From Thalassobaculaceae bacterium (GTDB taxonomy: Bacteria; Pseudomonadota; Alphaproteobacteria; Thalassobaculales; Thalassobaculaceae): a stretch of DNA of 64,000 nt. The position numbers and the translations under genes are program-made. The notes under the pieces were generated by a model, which saw only the letters and a list, made by a program, of their open reading frames with translations, did not search any database and had not been told where the DNA came from. Positions 8,174-17,037 of this stretch are shown here, piece by piece (positions within the stretch are counted from its first letter, which is position 1; each line of letters starts with the position of its first letter). The stretch lies in the NCBI GenBank assembly GCA_965213935.1, contig CBDCAO010000009.1:43536-107535 (forward strand), in the 5' to 3' direction.

Positions 8174-8678
8174 ACCACAACCGTCTTCGATGGCCGCATG
8201 GTCCTGGAACGCGTGCACGGTGAGGCTGTTGAAAAAGGGCCTTATAGAGAAAAGTTGGTGCGCCAGGCTGACTGGTGGAATGCAGCCGGGTGAAAGTCCT
8301 GGCAGGAAGAGAGGTCAACCAGCCACTTCCTCCGTGAACCATGCGCCGGTCGCCGTGAGGCGGCAGGCGAAGCGTTGGGGAGCGGCAGGCGTGGGCCGGG
8401 CCATTGAGCCACGAGATCTTGTGAAACCGGAGTGCCGAGGCTGTCAACTTGGCTGAAGGCAACACTCTTCCGAGCCGCTTTGGTGAGGCAAGGAGAGGCT
8501 CCGCGGGGTCTGAGAACCATGGCACCCCGCCATGCGCCCCGCCCGGATGGATCGACCGGCCGACGAGAGCCCCGGCGCCGCCCGGTACTTCGCCTCTCGG
8601 GCAGGTCAGGATCTGCGCTGCGCACGCCGGGGTTACTCTCCCTGGACCTTCGAACACGCGGGAAAGCGCACGGTCACG

Positions 8679-8705
8679 AAAAAGCCCTGCCGAAGCAGGG
8701 CTTTG
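8679..8705 (-). terminator. rho-independent terminator downstream of tRNA-Asn
   Basis: Minus strand reads AAAGCCCTGC-TTCG-GCAGGGC followed by TTTTT. A second GC hairpin (8714-8741) lies between it and the tRNA. Confidence 0.7.
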
Positions 8706-8745
8706 TGACGCGACCTGGCCAGGACGGAATGTCCTGGCCGGGAAT

Positions 8746-8820
8746 TGGCTCCCCGGGACGGATTCGAACCGCCGGCCAAGCGGTTAACAGCCGCTTGCTC
8801 TACCGCTGAGCTACCGGGGA
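8746..8820 (-). tRNA. tRNA-Asn (anticodon GTT)
   Basis: Minus strand TCCCCGGTAGCTCAGCGGTAGAGCAAGCGGCTGTTAACCGCTTGGCCGGCGGTTCGAATCCGTCCCGGGGAGCCA. It has a 7-bp acceptor stem, a CT-GTT-AA anticodon loop, GGTTCGAATCC T-arm and encoded CCA. Confidence 0.95.
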
Positions 8821-8878
8821 TCAGGGTTGCCCTCTATAGCAACACCACCACACGGGCGCAATCGGATTGCCGGCATGG

Positions 8879-8952
8879 TGGAGGCCCGGGCCGGAATCGA
8901 ACCGACGTACAAGGATTTGCAGTCCTCTGCATCACCACTCTGCCACCGGGCC
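8879..8952 (-). tRNA. tRNA-Cys (anticodon GCA)
   Basis: Minus strand GGCCCGGTGGCAGAGTGGTGATGCAGAGGACTGCAAATCCTTGTACGTCGGTTCGATTCCGGCCCGGGCCTCCA. It has an acceptor stem GGCCCGG/CCGGGCC, a CT-GCA-AA loop and encoded CCA. Confidence 0.95.
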
Positions 8953-9012
8953 CCGGCGGGCGGTATCCCTACCGGCCCCCGCTGCGGTGCGCAACCCCGA
9001 ACACGGGCAGGC

Positions 9013-9489
9013 TCAGTTCAGATACAGCGCGATGGTTTCGGCGACGCAGGCCGGCTTGCTCTCGCCCTCGATCTCGACCGTGGTACTGTAGGTTACCTTC
9101 ACCGTTTTCTCGTTCGTCCGCTCGGCAGCGGCAAGCCGCACCCGGCCGCGAATGCGGTCGCCGGCCCTGACCGGTGACATGAACCGCGCCTTGTCGAGAC
9201 CGTAGTTGATGCCCGCGGTGCGCGGGAGGTACTCGAGCGTCGCGGCAATCAGCCTCGGAACCAGGGACAGCGTGAGATGGCCGTGCGCGATCGGGGCCCC
9301 GTAGGGTGATTCCCGCTTCGAGCGCTCGACGTCGACATGGATCCACTGGTGATCGCCGGTCGCCTCTGCGAACAGGTTGATCCGGTCCTGGTCGACCGTC
9401 ATCCAGTCGCTGATCCCGATCTCGCTGCCGATCTCGGCCTGCAGCGCCTCGAAACTTTCGAAGCGCCGTCGTGTTGTCTGTTGCGTCAT
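9013..9489 (-). CDS. MaoC-family dehydratase (hot-dog fold)
   Basis: 158 aa from MTQQTTRRRF. DQDRINLFAEATGDHQWIHVDVERSKRESPYGAPIAHGHLTLSL is the MaoC/R-hydratase motif region. It overlaps the upstream gene by 4 nt. Confidence 0.85.
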   Translation of the reverse strand: MTQQTTRRRFESFEALQAEIGSEIGISDWMTVDQDRINLFAEATGDHQWIHVDVERSKRESPYGAPIAHGHLTLSLVPRLIAATLEYLPRTAGINYGLDKARFMSPVRAGDRIRGRVRLAAAERTNEKTVKVTYSTTVEIEGESKPACVAETIALYLN

Positions 9490-10517
9490 CTGGTCGGATC
9501 CTCCGATACCCGTACGATCAACTTGCCGAAGTTCCGGCCCTTGAGCAGCCCCATGAAAGCGTCGGGCGCGTTCTCGATCCCGTCCACGAAATCCTCCCGG
9601 TACCGGAGTTCGCCCGAAGAGATCCAGCCCGACATGTCGGAAAGGAAGTCCGGGAACCGGTTCCAGCGATCGGTGATGATGAAGCCCTGGATGGCGAGCC
9701 GGCTGGTCAGAACCGCGCGCATCAGTCGCGGCAGCTGGTCGGGCCCGGGAAACCCGCCGACATGGCTGTAGCGCGAGATCAGGCCGCAGACGGGAATGCG
9801 GGCAAAGGCATTGAGCAGCGGCAGGACGGCGTCGAACACCGCGCCGCCGACATTTTCGAAATAGACGTCGATCCCGTCCGGACAGGCGGCGGCAAGCGCG
9901 CTGCCAAGCCCGGGGTCGCGGTGGTTGAGACAGGCATCGAAACCGAGTTCGCCGGTCACGTAGTCGCACTTCTCCGCCGATCCCGCGATGCCGATCACCC
10001 TGCAGCCCTTGATGCGGGCGATCTGGCCGACCACCGCACCAACCGCGCCGGACGCCGCCGCCACCACCACGGTCTCGCCCGCCTTCGGCTGACCGATGTC
10101 GAGCAGACCGACATAGGCGGTCATGCCTGGCATGCCCAGCACGCCCAGCGCGGTCGATATCGGCGCCGGCGCCGGGTCGACGCGCTGCACCCCCCTGCCG
10201 TCGCTGACGGCATGGGTCTGCCAGCCGAACCGCGAGACCACGATATCGCCATCCCGGAAGTCCGGGTGCCGTGAGCGAACCACCTCGGCAACCGTACCTG
10301 CCTCCATGACCCCGCCCACCGGTACCGGCTTCGCGTAGGACTTCGCATCGTCCATGCGTCCGCGCATGTAGGGGTCAAGCGACTGGTAGATCACCCGGCA
10401 CAGCATCTCGCCATCCCCGGGATCAGGCAGTTCGACCTTCACGATGGCAAAGTCTTCGGGTTTCGGATCTCCCGCCGGTCGGGCGGCAAGCTGCACCTGG
10501 GTGCTGATGGTGGCCAC
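9486..10517 (-). CDS. NADP-dependent oxidoreductase, MDR family (alkenal/one reductase-like)
   Basis: GTG start behind AAGGAGA. The N-terminus resembles the LTB4 12-HD/CurA/YncB group. The nucleotide-binding motif is AAASGAVGAVVGQIA. Confidence 0.8.
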   Translation of the reverse strand: MATISTQVQLAARPAGDPKPEDFAIVKVELPDPGDGEMLCRVIYQSLDPYMRGRMDDAKSYAKPVPVGGVMEAGTVAEVVRSRHPDFRDGDIVVSRFGWQTHAVSDGRGVQRVDPAPAPISTALGVLGMPGMTAYVGLLDIGQPKAGETVVVAAASGAVGAVVGQIARIKGCRVIGIAGSAEKCDYVTGELGFDACLNHRDPGLGSALAAACPDGIDVYFENVGGAVFDAVLPLLNAFARIPVCGLISRYSHVGGFPGPDQLPRLMRAVLTSRLAIQGFIITDRWNRFPDFLSDMSGWISSGELRYREDFVDGIENAPDAFMGLLKGRNFGKLIVRVSEDPTR

Positions 10518-10562
10518 TCCGGTCTCCTTCTCGTCTCGTCTGCAGGCGATGGTGCGAGGCCG

Positions 10563-10799
10563 TCAGTCTTCTTCCGGCGCCGCATCCCGCGGGGACGGGA
10601 TCTTGGCCCAGATGGCTTCCGCAATCCAGAGGCCAAGGACGACATAGACCGGGATCAGCGGCATCCACAGTTCGGCGAACACGGTTCCCCGGAGTTCGGC
10701 CCGCAGCAACGGCCAGAGCAGCAGCAGGCCCGCACCGGTTCCGCATGCCCACAGTGCCGCGAGCAGACTGTGGACATGTCGGTTCACTGGCTGGCGCAT
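10563..10799 (-). CDS. hypothetical small membrane protein
   Basis: Two predicted hydrophobic helices (LLAALWACGTGAGLLLLWPLL, LIPVYVVLGLWIAEAIW). It is the last gene of the same-strand cluster. The start is uncertain (ATG 10799 or 10877). Confidence 0.35.
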   Translation of the reverse strand: MRQPVNRHVHSLLAALWACGTGAGLLLLWPLLRAELRGTVFAELWMPLIPVYVVLGLWIAEAIWAKIPSPRDAAPEED

Positions 10800-10866
10800 T
10801 CGCAACGGCGGGCCCCGTCCGCCGCTGACTCCGACCCATGGTGCATCGCTGGCGTCATGGCGTCGG

Positions 10867-11628
10867 CTACAGCACACGCAGGCTTGCCGGATCGACCCGG
10901 AAGATCAGCAGGTCGTCGCGTGCCAGCAGCTCGCCCTCAAGTTCGACGTACAGTGCGACCTGCGCCAGGACCTCGCGTGGAACAGGCCCGCCGTCGGGTC
11001 CGGCGAGCAGCAGCAGTTCGGGCAGTTCCCCGGCACCGTAGACCACGAACATGGGCGGAATTCCGCCCATGATGCACAGGCTGGCGCAGGCGAGGTGAAC
11101 CTTGCCCCGCCCCGGGCGCATTGCTCCGAGGTAGCACTTCGAATCGACGACCTCTCCTTTCAGCCTGAATGTACCGAGCACCCTGTCCGGCGCCGGCGTC
11201 CAGTGCGCCAGATCACCCGGTTCCTCGAGTTCACGGAACTTCACCCGCCCCCCGACCTGCAGCAGGTTCGCCGCCCCCGCATCCCGGCCCAGGAACCGTC
11301 CGCCCAGCTGTACCGGCTTGCCGGCCAGCCGTGCGGCCCTCGACTGCACTCCGCGCTTTCCCAGCCCTGCCAGCACCACGGTCGAACCGGGCATGCGCAG
11401 CACGGGATAGGGATCGGTCTGGACGATGCCCCGGAGCGACTGCTGTCCGGGAAGGAACCGGCCGGCGCCGTGATCCTGCTGGGCAAGCACGATCGCGATC
11501 CCCGCGCCGATGCCAAGTCCGAGCGCGACAACGGTCACGACAGCGAGGAACGCCACCAGCGGGCGCGGTGTCGGCAGGTAACCGACGAAGAACTGGGACT
11601 CGCGCCCGGCAGCCGGCGGCCGGCTCAT
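10867..11628 (-). CDS. hypothetical membrane-anchored protein
   Basis: 253-aa ORF with one N-terminal TM helix (LVAFLAVVTVVALGLGIGAGIAIVLA) and a Cys-containing C-terminal region. It has an ATGA overlap with the upstream Rieske-fusion gene. Confidence 0.6.
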   Translation of the reverse strand: MSRPPAAGRESQFFVGYLPTPRPLVAFLAVVTVVALGLGIGAGIAIVLAQQDHGAGRFLPGQQSLRGIVQTDPYPVLRMPGSTVVLAGLGKRGVQSRAARLAGKPVQLGGRFLGRDAGAANLLQVGGRVKFRELEEPGDLAHWTPAPDRVLGTFRLKGEVVDSKCYLGAMRPGRGKVHLACASLCIMGGIPPMFVVYGAGELPELLLLAGPDGGPVPREVLAQVALYVELEGELLARDDLLIFRVDPASLRVL

Positions 11629-12683
11629 CCTTCCGCCTCCAGGATCACCGGCGCGGTCGGGGTGCCGGGGGGCAGTGCGTTCGGATCAATCAGGATCGTG
11701 TCTCCCGAACGCGAGAGACGGTAGGTCGGGATCCGGTCCGTGAACGGGGCCGGCGCCCGTCCGGTTTCCGGGTCGTACTGGAACCCGTGCCACGGGCAGG
11801 TGACGCACCCGTCGATGATCCGGCCCTCGGCGAGCGGCCCGTTCTGGTGTCCGCAGGCGTTGGAAATCGCCGAGACGCGGTTGCCATGTCGAAAGACCGC
11901 CGCACGCTCGCCGTCGGGCAGCAACACCGCGATGCCTCGGCTGTCCGCGAGTTCGTCAATCCGGCAGGCGACGATCCACGGTTCGGCCCGGTCCGCCCCG
12001 GTCGCGGCCTTGCGGTCGGACCGCAGTTCGACAATGCCCGCGGCCAGGTGCAGCACGATCACCGCACCGGCACCGGCGATGACCAGCCCGGCGAGCACGG
12101 GACTGTGCTCGCTCTGCAGGAGCCCGAGCACCACGTGCATGACCAGCAGACCCCAGGCAGGGTAGACCAGCATGTGGATCGCTTTCCACAGCGGCGGACC
12201 CAGGAAATGCAGCCAGAAGTCGTGGCTGGTGGCAGCCATCACGAACAGGATCAACAGCCCGGCAAGACCGAGATACTCGATCGGAAAGCCGATCAACGAG
12301 GTGACGTTCACGTTGGCAATCAGCAGCGCCGTGTACCGGTCGATCGGGCTGAAGGCCTGGTACCAGCCGATCACGTACCACGCGTGCGCCAGGGCAACGA
12401 AAAACAGCGCCACCCCGAAGTGGCGGCGGTTGTAGAGCAGGGGCAGAAAGCGCCGGTCGAGCCGCGCGAGCGGACCGATGCACAGGATGAGGTGCAGCAT
12501 GATGTAGGCACAGGAGCCGAGCGCGCGCATCCGCAGTTCCGCCCCGCCGACCGTCTTCACGTCCAGCCACACCGGAGCAACCCGCAGGAACACGATGATG
12601 TAGAGAGTGACGCCGACGACAAGGACGGCGTCGTAGACCAGCTTGGTCCGGTTCCACTGCACGGGGCGCGACGCGACGGTCAT
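11625..12683 (-). CDS. ferric-reductase-like transmembrane domain fused to a Rieske [2Fe-2S] domain
   Basis: The N-terminal ~220 aa form a multi-helix region with conserved His residues (MLHLIL, RRHFGVA, ATSHDFW, HMLVY). The C-terminus CGHQNGPLAEGRIIDGCVTCPWHGFQY is a Rieske CxH...CxxH motif. Confidence 0.8.
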   Translation of the reverse strand: MTVASRPVQWNRTKLVYDAVLVVGVTLYIIVFLRVAPVWLDVKTVGGAELRMRALGSCAYIMLHLILCIGPLARLDRRFLPLLYNRRHFGVALFFVALAHAWYVIGWYQAFSPIDRYTALLIANVNVTSLIGFPIEYLGLAGLLILFVMAATSHDFWLHFLGPPLWKAIHMLVYPAWGLLVMHVVLGLLQSEHSPVLAGLVIAGAGAVIVLHLAAGIVELRSDRKAATGADRAEPWIVACRIDELADSRGIAVLLPDGERAAVFRHGNRVSAISNACGHQNGPLAEGRIIDGCVTCPWHGFQYDPETGRAPAPFTDRIPTYRLSRSGDTILIDPNALPPGTPTAPVILEAEG

Positions 12684-12835
12684 TGCAAGGCCCGTTTCAG
12701 GGACTGGAGTTCCGCGTGCCGGGGCTCGACGGGAACCGGTTGACGCAGAACAAGCCCCGCGCCAATGCCGATGCCGACCAGCACCGCGAGGGCGATCCAG
12801 GCTCTCAGATGGGCACGGCGATGAACCGCCTTCAC
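12680..12835 (-). CDS. hypothetical small single-pass membrane protein
   Basis: The GTG start overlaps the upstream stop (GTGA) and its stop overlaps the downstream ATG (ATGA). There is one TM helix, AWIALAVLVGIGIGAGLVL. Confidence 0.35.
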   Translation of the reverse strand: MKAVHRRAHLRAWIALAVLVGIGIGAGLVLRQPVPVEPRHAELQSLKRALQ

Positions 12836-13062
12836 GGCCGGCCTCCCTGCAGTTCGAGTCGCAGCCACCGGTACAGGACCAGCGGCCACAGTCCGACCAC
12901 CCCGGGCAGGATCACCAGCCGGAACAGCCAGCTGCCGCGGGCTTCATCGCAGACCCGCCCGACACCGAACACCAGGAACAGCGCGGCGACAACACACCCG
13001 GCAGCCACGTAGATCCTGGCACAGTCAAGGATTGCTTCGGCAGCCGCGATCGCCCCGGCCAT
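12832..13062 (-). CDS. hypothetical small membrane protein
   Basis: Starts at MAGAIAAAEAILD. It has two hydrophobic helices and is the first gene of the overlapping series. Confidence 0.35.
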   Translation of the reverse strand: MAGAIAAAEAILDCARIYVAAGCVVAALFLVFGVGRVCDEARGSWLFRLVILPGVVGLWPLVLYRWLRLELQGGRP

Positions 13063-13157
13063 TTCAGCCCGTCCCCGTATCGGCACGCCGGACCGGCGCG
13101 CATGTCCGGCGCTGCGCCATCTCTCCCGGTTTCGCGAAGCCGGACACTGCGTTCGGC

Positions 13158-13901
13158 CTACAACCCGGCAAGTGTCTCTCCGCATCCCTCGACGCGGTCG
13201 TCGAGACCGCTCGTTCGCAGAGCGTGCCAGTACGAGACCGCATTGATCGCCAGCACCGGTTTGCCACGCCGTCGTTCCTCCTCGCCGGCCTGGCGCATGA
13301 AGTGCAGGTTGGTCCCGAACTGGACCAGGGCTTCGACGCCTGGGCCGTCGATTTCATCCAGCGCCCGGGTCAGGGTGTCGGCAGTGGTCCCGGCAATCGC
13401 GACCGGGCTCGGGCACTTCAGGCCGATGAAGTTCTCGACCCTGAAGCCCTGTTCAACGAAGAAGGCGCTGATGTGGCGATCTGCGATCGGCATGTAGGGA
13501 GAGAGAATCGCGATTCGCCGCAGGCCGAGCCGTTCGAGGGCGTCGGCAACCGCAAAGGAACCGCCGGTCACCGGGCAACCGGTTCGGTCGGACAGAATGC
13601 GACGACGCTCGCGCGCCGCATCGGGACCGTCCCACACCAGCAGCGACGACATGCCCACCACCAGGCAGCCGGGAGCCGCCGTCATCACCCGGTCGACGGC
13701 GGCATCCTGTTCGGCTGCGCTGAGGCGGACCAGACGGTCGAAGTCGTCATCGGTCCTGATAGCCATGTCCGGAATGGAGATGCGGGCGGTGTGGTTGGTC
13801 ACGCCGTCCGGCTTCAGATCGTCGAAATCGGGCTGCACGATGGTGTTGGTCGACGGCACCACGACGCCGATCTTCAGCCTCCAGCCCCTTCGGTCGACCA
13901 T
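13158..13901 (-). CDS. Asp/Glu racemase-superfamily protein (maleate isomerase / arylmalonate decarboxylase-like)
   Basis: N-terminal KIGVVVPSTNTIVQPDF and overall length fit the maleate cis-trans isomerase family. Confidence 0.7.
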   Translation of the reverse strand: MVDRRGWRLKIGVVVPSTNTIVQPDFDDLKPDGVTNHTARISIPDMAIRTDDDFDRLVRLSAAEQDAAVDRVMTAAPGCLVVGMSSLLVWDGPDAARERRRILSDRTGCPVTGGSFAVADALERLGLRRIAILSPYMPIADRHISAFFVEQGFRVENFIGLKCPSPVAIAGTTADTLTRALDEIDGPGVEALVQFGTNLHFMRQAGEEERRRGKPVLAINAVSYWHALRTSGLDDRVEGCGETLAGL

Positions 13902-13911
13902 GCCCCTGTCC

Positions 13912-14943
13912 TCACGCCACCGGCTGGCTCTCGACCCGGCGCAACTCCGGCAGAAGTTCGTCGGAGATCATCTGCATGCTGTCGAGCGCCAGCTGTCCCG
14001 GCATGCCGAGCCAGTGGGTCCGGATCACGAGATGGTTCATGCCGAACTGTTCCCAGTACGGTCTGAGTTGTTCGTAGCATTCCTCCGGAGACCCAAGAAT
14101 GAACCGGCCTTGCACCAGGTCCTCGAACTCCTGGTCGAAGGACTCGTTCTCCGGCATCACCTTGTCCTGGCCCCAGCTGGCGTAGTTCTGGTACTTGCCG
14201 AACAGGTATGGACCGGCCACCTCCATGGCGGTCCTGCGATCCTTCGCGCAGTAGACCTCCTTGACGATCGGGAGTTCGGCGGGAGCGGGCTTGCCGGCAT
14301 CGCGCAGCGCCTGGCGGTAGACCTCCATGTGCCGGGTGATGGTCTCGATGGTCGAATGCGGGTTGACGAACCAGCAGTCGGCCATGCGCGCTGCCCGCGC
14401 AATGGCCGGGTCGTTGTTGGCGGCAAGCCAGATCGGCGGTCGCGGTTTCTGCACCGGCCTGATGTTCATCCGGACATTGTCGAGGATGCAGGTGTCGCTG
14501 CAATGGCTGACCTGGTCCTCGGTCCAGAGTCGCTCGATCAGGGTGAGGTATTCCTCGAACCGGGCCACCCGCTGCCCGCGCGGGACCGCGAATGCGTTGA
14601 ACTCGACGTCTCGGTAGCCGAGCCCGACACCGAAGATCACCCGGCCGCCGGAGAGTACGTCCATGCTGGCCACGGTCTCTGCGGTGTAGACCGGGTTGTG
14701 CAGGTTGAGCAGCAGGATACCGAGACCGATCTGCATGTCACCGGCCTCGGGAATGAGGCGGGACAGGAAGGGCACGATCTGGAGCTGCTGGTTGTCACCC
14801 TCGTTCAGGTAGTGCTGACCGGAGATCAGGGAGTCCCATCCGTGATCACGCATGTGGTGCACCATGGCGACCTGCTCGTCGAGCGCGGCGACCATGTCGG
14901 TTGCACGGAATTGCTGGTTCGTCAGGAACAGGCCGATCTTCAT
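13912..14943 (-). CDS. LLM-class flavin-dependent oxidoreductase
   Basis: Start at MKIGLFLTNQQF (ATG 14941-14943). GGRVIFGVGLGYRDVEF is the luciferase-like motif. The ORF extension to 15168 has no similarity. Confidence 0.8.
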   Translation of the reverse strand: MKIGLFLTNQQFRATDMVAALDEQVAMVHHMRDHGWDSLISGQHYLNEGDNQQLQIVPFLSRLIPEAGDMQIGLGILLLNLHNPVYTAETVASMDVLSGGRVIFGVGLGYRDVEFNAFAVPRGQRVARFEEYLTLIERLWTEDQVSHCSDTCILDNVRMNIRPVQKPRPPIWLAANNDPAIARAARMADCWFVNPHSTIETITRHMEVYRQALRDAGKPAPAELPIVKEVYCAKDRRTAMEVAGPYLFGKYQNYASWGQDKVMPENESFDQEFEDLVQGRFILGSPEECYEQLRPYWEQFGMNHLVIRTHWLGMPGQLALDSMQMISDELLPELRRVESQPVA

Positions 14944-15097
14944 GGTCACGCATACTCCACAGTACCGGGTACAGGCTTCGCCGCGCGATCTCGCCGCAAC
15001 GAGAAAGCTCGGCGCACGATACCGCCCATGCGATCCGCTGTCATGCTGCGCGCGGGCGCGATAGTCTGGTGCCCGGCCCATCAGGGGAGGGGAGGCG

Positions 15098-16402
15098 ATG
15101 CAGCAACCGGTCGCCCATCGCGACTTCGTGGACGAGAGTAACGGCACGTTCCGGGTGGGCCGGGACATCTACACCGATCCCGACCTGTTCGAGACGGAAC
15201 TCGCGCGCATCTTCGAGGGTGGCTGGATATACGGTTGCCACGAGAGCCAGATTGCCGGGCACGGGGATTACTACGCGTTGCGCGCCGGGCGTCAGCCGGT
15301 GTTCCTGATCCGCGACGGCGACGGCGGGATCAACGGGTTCATTGACGCCTGTCCGCACCGCGGCGCCCTGCTGACACGGGCGCGACGCGGCACCATGAAG
15401 ACCGTCACCTGCCGTTTCCACGGCTGGTGTTTCGATACCGCCGGACAGTGCACCAGGATCAAGGAGGAAGACCGGGGTTGGCCGGACGGTCTCGACCGTG
15501 ACCGGTTTGCGCTCGTCAAGGTTCCGCGCGTCGAGAGCTACCGCGGGTTCGTGTTCCTGTCCCTTTCCCCGCACGTACCGCCGCTCACCGAGGTCCTCGG
15601 CGAGGCGCGACGCTGCATCGACCTGATCGCGGAGCAGTCACCCGACGGCATGGAGGTCGTCCCCGGCAGCCAGTCATACATGGTGAGGGGCAACTGGAAG
15701 CTGCAGGCGGAGAACGGCGTCGACGGATACCACGTTTCGACGGTGCACCGGGTGTTCGCCCGCGCGGTGGCAATGCGGGAATCTCTGGGGGATACCGGCG
15801 AACTTCGCCAGACCGAGGCAGCGCGCATCACCGGCACCGTCGCGAGCGGGCTGTGCGACCTCGGCGGCGGGCACATGATGCTGTGGGCGCACCGCGGAAA
15901 CCCGAAGGCATCTCCGCTTGCCGAACGCGAGGACTGGCTCCGGCGTACCCATGGGGAGGAGGTCACGGACTGGATGCTCAGGCGCGGCAGGAACCTGTTC
16001 CTGTTCCCCAACGTCCTGCTGATGGACCAGTCGTCGACCCAGATTCGGGTGGTGATCCCACATGCCGCCGACCTCACCGAGGTCAGGGTGTACTGCGTCG
16101 CGCCCCGTGGCGAGAGTCCGACCGCCCGGGCGGCCCGGCTGCGCAAGTTCGAGGATTTCTTCATGGTGACCGGCATGGCGACGCCGGACGATCTCGCCGC
16201 TCTCGAGGACGTGCAGCGGGGAGCCCACGGACGGCTGGCCCGCTGGAATGACATGGACCGGGGTGCGGCCGACACCATTGCCGGGGCTGACCGTGATCTC
16301 GAGACGCTCGGCGTTCGCCCGGTCACTTCCAGCCCGGACTGGGGCAGCGAGATCGCCTACCACGGCTTCTACCGCCACTGGGCGCAACGGCTCGGCTCCT
16401 GA
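15098..16402 (+). CDS. aromatic ring-hydroxylating dioxygenase, alpha (Rieske) subunit
   Basis: CPHRGALLTRARRGTMKTVTCRFHGWCF is a Rieske motif. NWKLQAENGVDGYHVSTVH is the catalytic-domain motif. Confidence 0.9.
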   Translation: MQQPVAHRDFVDESNGTFRVGRDIYTDPDLFETELARIFEGGWIYGCHESQIAGHGDYYALRAGRQPVFLIRDGDGGINGFIDACPHRGALLTRARRGTMKTVTCRFHGWCFDTAGQCTRIKEEDRGWPDGLDRDRFALVKVPRVESYRGFVFLSLSPHVPPLTEVLGEARRCIDLIAEQSPDGMEVVPGSQSYMVRGNWKLQAENGVDGYHVSTVHRVFARAVAMRESLGDTGELRQTEAARITGTVASGLCDLGGGHMMLWAHRGNPKASPLAEREDWLRRTHGEEVTDWMLRRGRNLFLFPNVLLMDQSSTQIRVVIPHAADLTEVRVYCVAPRGESPTARAARLRKFEDFFMVTGMATPDDLAALEDVQRGAHGRLARWNDMDRGAADTIAGADRDLETLGVRPVTSSPDWGSEIAYHGFYRHWAQRLGS

Positions 16403-16914
16403 TGGGACACGCCATGGACTCCGCCGGACCGGACACCGCCCGTTGCGCCGACCTGCTCTATCTCGAGGCCGACCTGCTGGACCGTCGGCAGTGGGACGAC
16501 TGGGCAGCACTGTATACCGACGACTGCGTGGTATGGGTCCCGTCCTGGGACACCGAGGAAGCGCTGGTGAGCGAGCCGGAATTCTCGGTCAACATGATGT
16601 ACCTGGTCGGCAAGGCGGCACTCCAGGCCCGCCTGCACCGTCTGCGCTCGGAGGACACCTACGCCGCCCGGCCGCCGGCCTGGACCTCACACGCTGTCGC
16701 CAACGTGCGGATCGTGGGACGCGGCGACGATGGGATCGAGGTTTCGGCGAAGTGGACGGTGCTGTCACTGGAACCTCGCCGCGGTAAGTCGTGGCGCGGC
16801 GGCTGGTACGACCACCTGCTGGTCCTGCGCGATGACCGGCTGATGATCCGGCGCAAGAAGATCACGCTGCTCGAGGATATCATCGACGGGCCGGTCGACA
16901 TCCACCAGCTCTGA
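16402..16914 (+). CDS. aromatic ring-hydroxylating dioxygenase, beta subunit
   Basis: 170 aa and SnoaL-like (LYLEADLLDRRQWDDWAALYTDDCVVW). The start overlaps the alpha-subunit stop (TGATG). Confidence 0.85.
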   Translation: MGHAMDSAGPDTARCADLLYLEADLLDRRQWDDWAALYTDDCVVWVPSWDTEEALVSEPEFSVNMMYLVGKAALQARLHRLRSEDTYAARPPAWTSHAVANVRIVGRGDDGIEVSAKWTVLSLEPRRGKSWRGGWYDHLLVLRDDRLMIRRKKITLLEDIIDGPVDIHQL

Positions 16915-17037
16915 GCGGACGGCGCTGGTCCGGAGCAACGGATCCGTCCTTGCCAAGCAGGGGCCGAATGCGCAGAGTCCGGTTCTGCCCGGAGGAGGCG
17001 TCATCCTCAGGAATGCGACCAGAAAGAAGGATCGATC

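Noticed and set aside
8260-8330. Cobalamin riboswitch or RNase P RNA, suggested by GGTGCG...GGTGAAAGTCC
   Set aside because: The other core elements are absent. There is no GCCACTG or B12 box (AGCCAGGAGACCTGCC-like) for a riboswitch. There is no GAGGAAAGTCCGGGCTC / ACAGAACCCGGCTTA pair for RNase P P4. There is also no downstream gene for a riboswitch to control.
7875-8657. 260-aa minus-strand ORF
   Set aside because: Only residues from MVVRSFRHRGL onward (from 8144) are real: they are the HigB N-terminus. The upstream 170 codons run through the non-coding segment and have no protein-like features.
11169-12743. 524-aa plus-strand ORF
   Set aside because: It is antisense to the Rieske-fusion and neighbouring genes. 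The product is an extremely Arg/Pro-rich low-complexity sequence.
13597-15141. 514-aa plus-strand ORF
   Set aside because: It is antisense to the maleate-isomerase-like and LLM genes, which both have clear family motifs.
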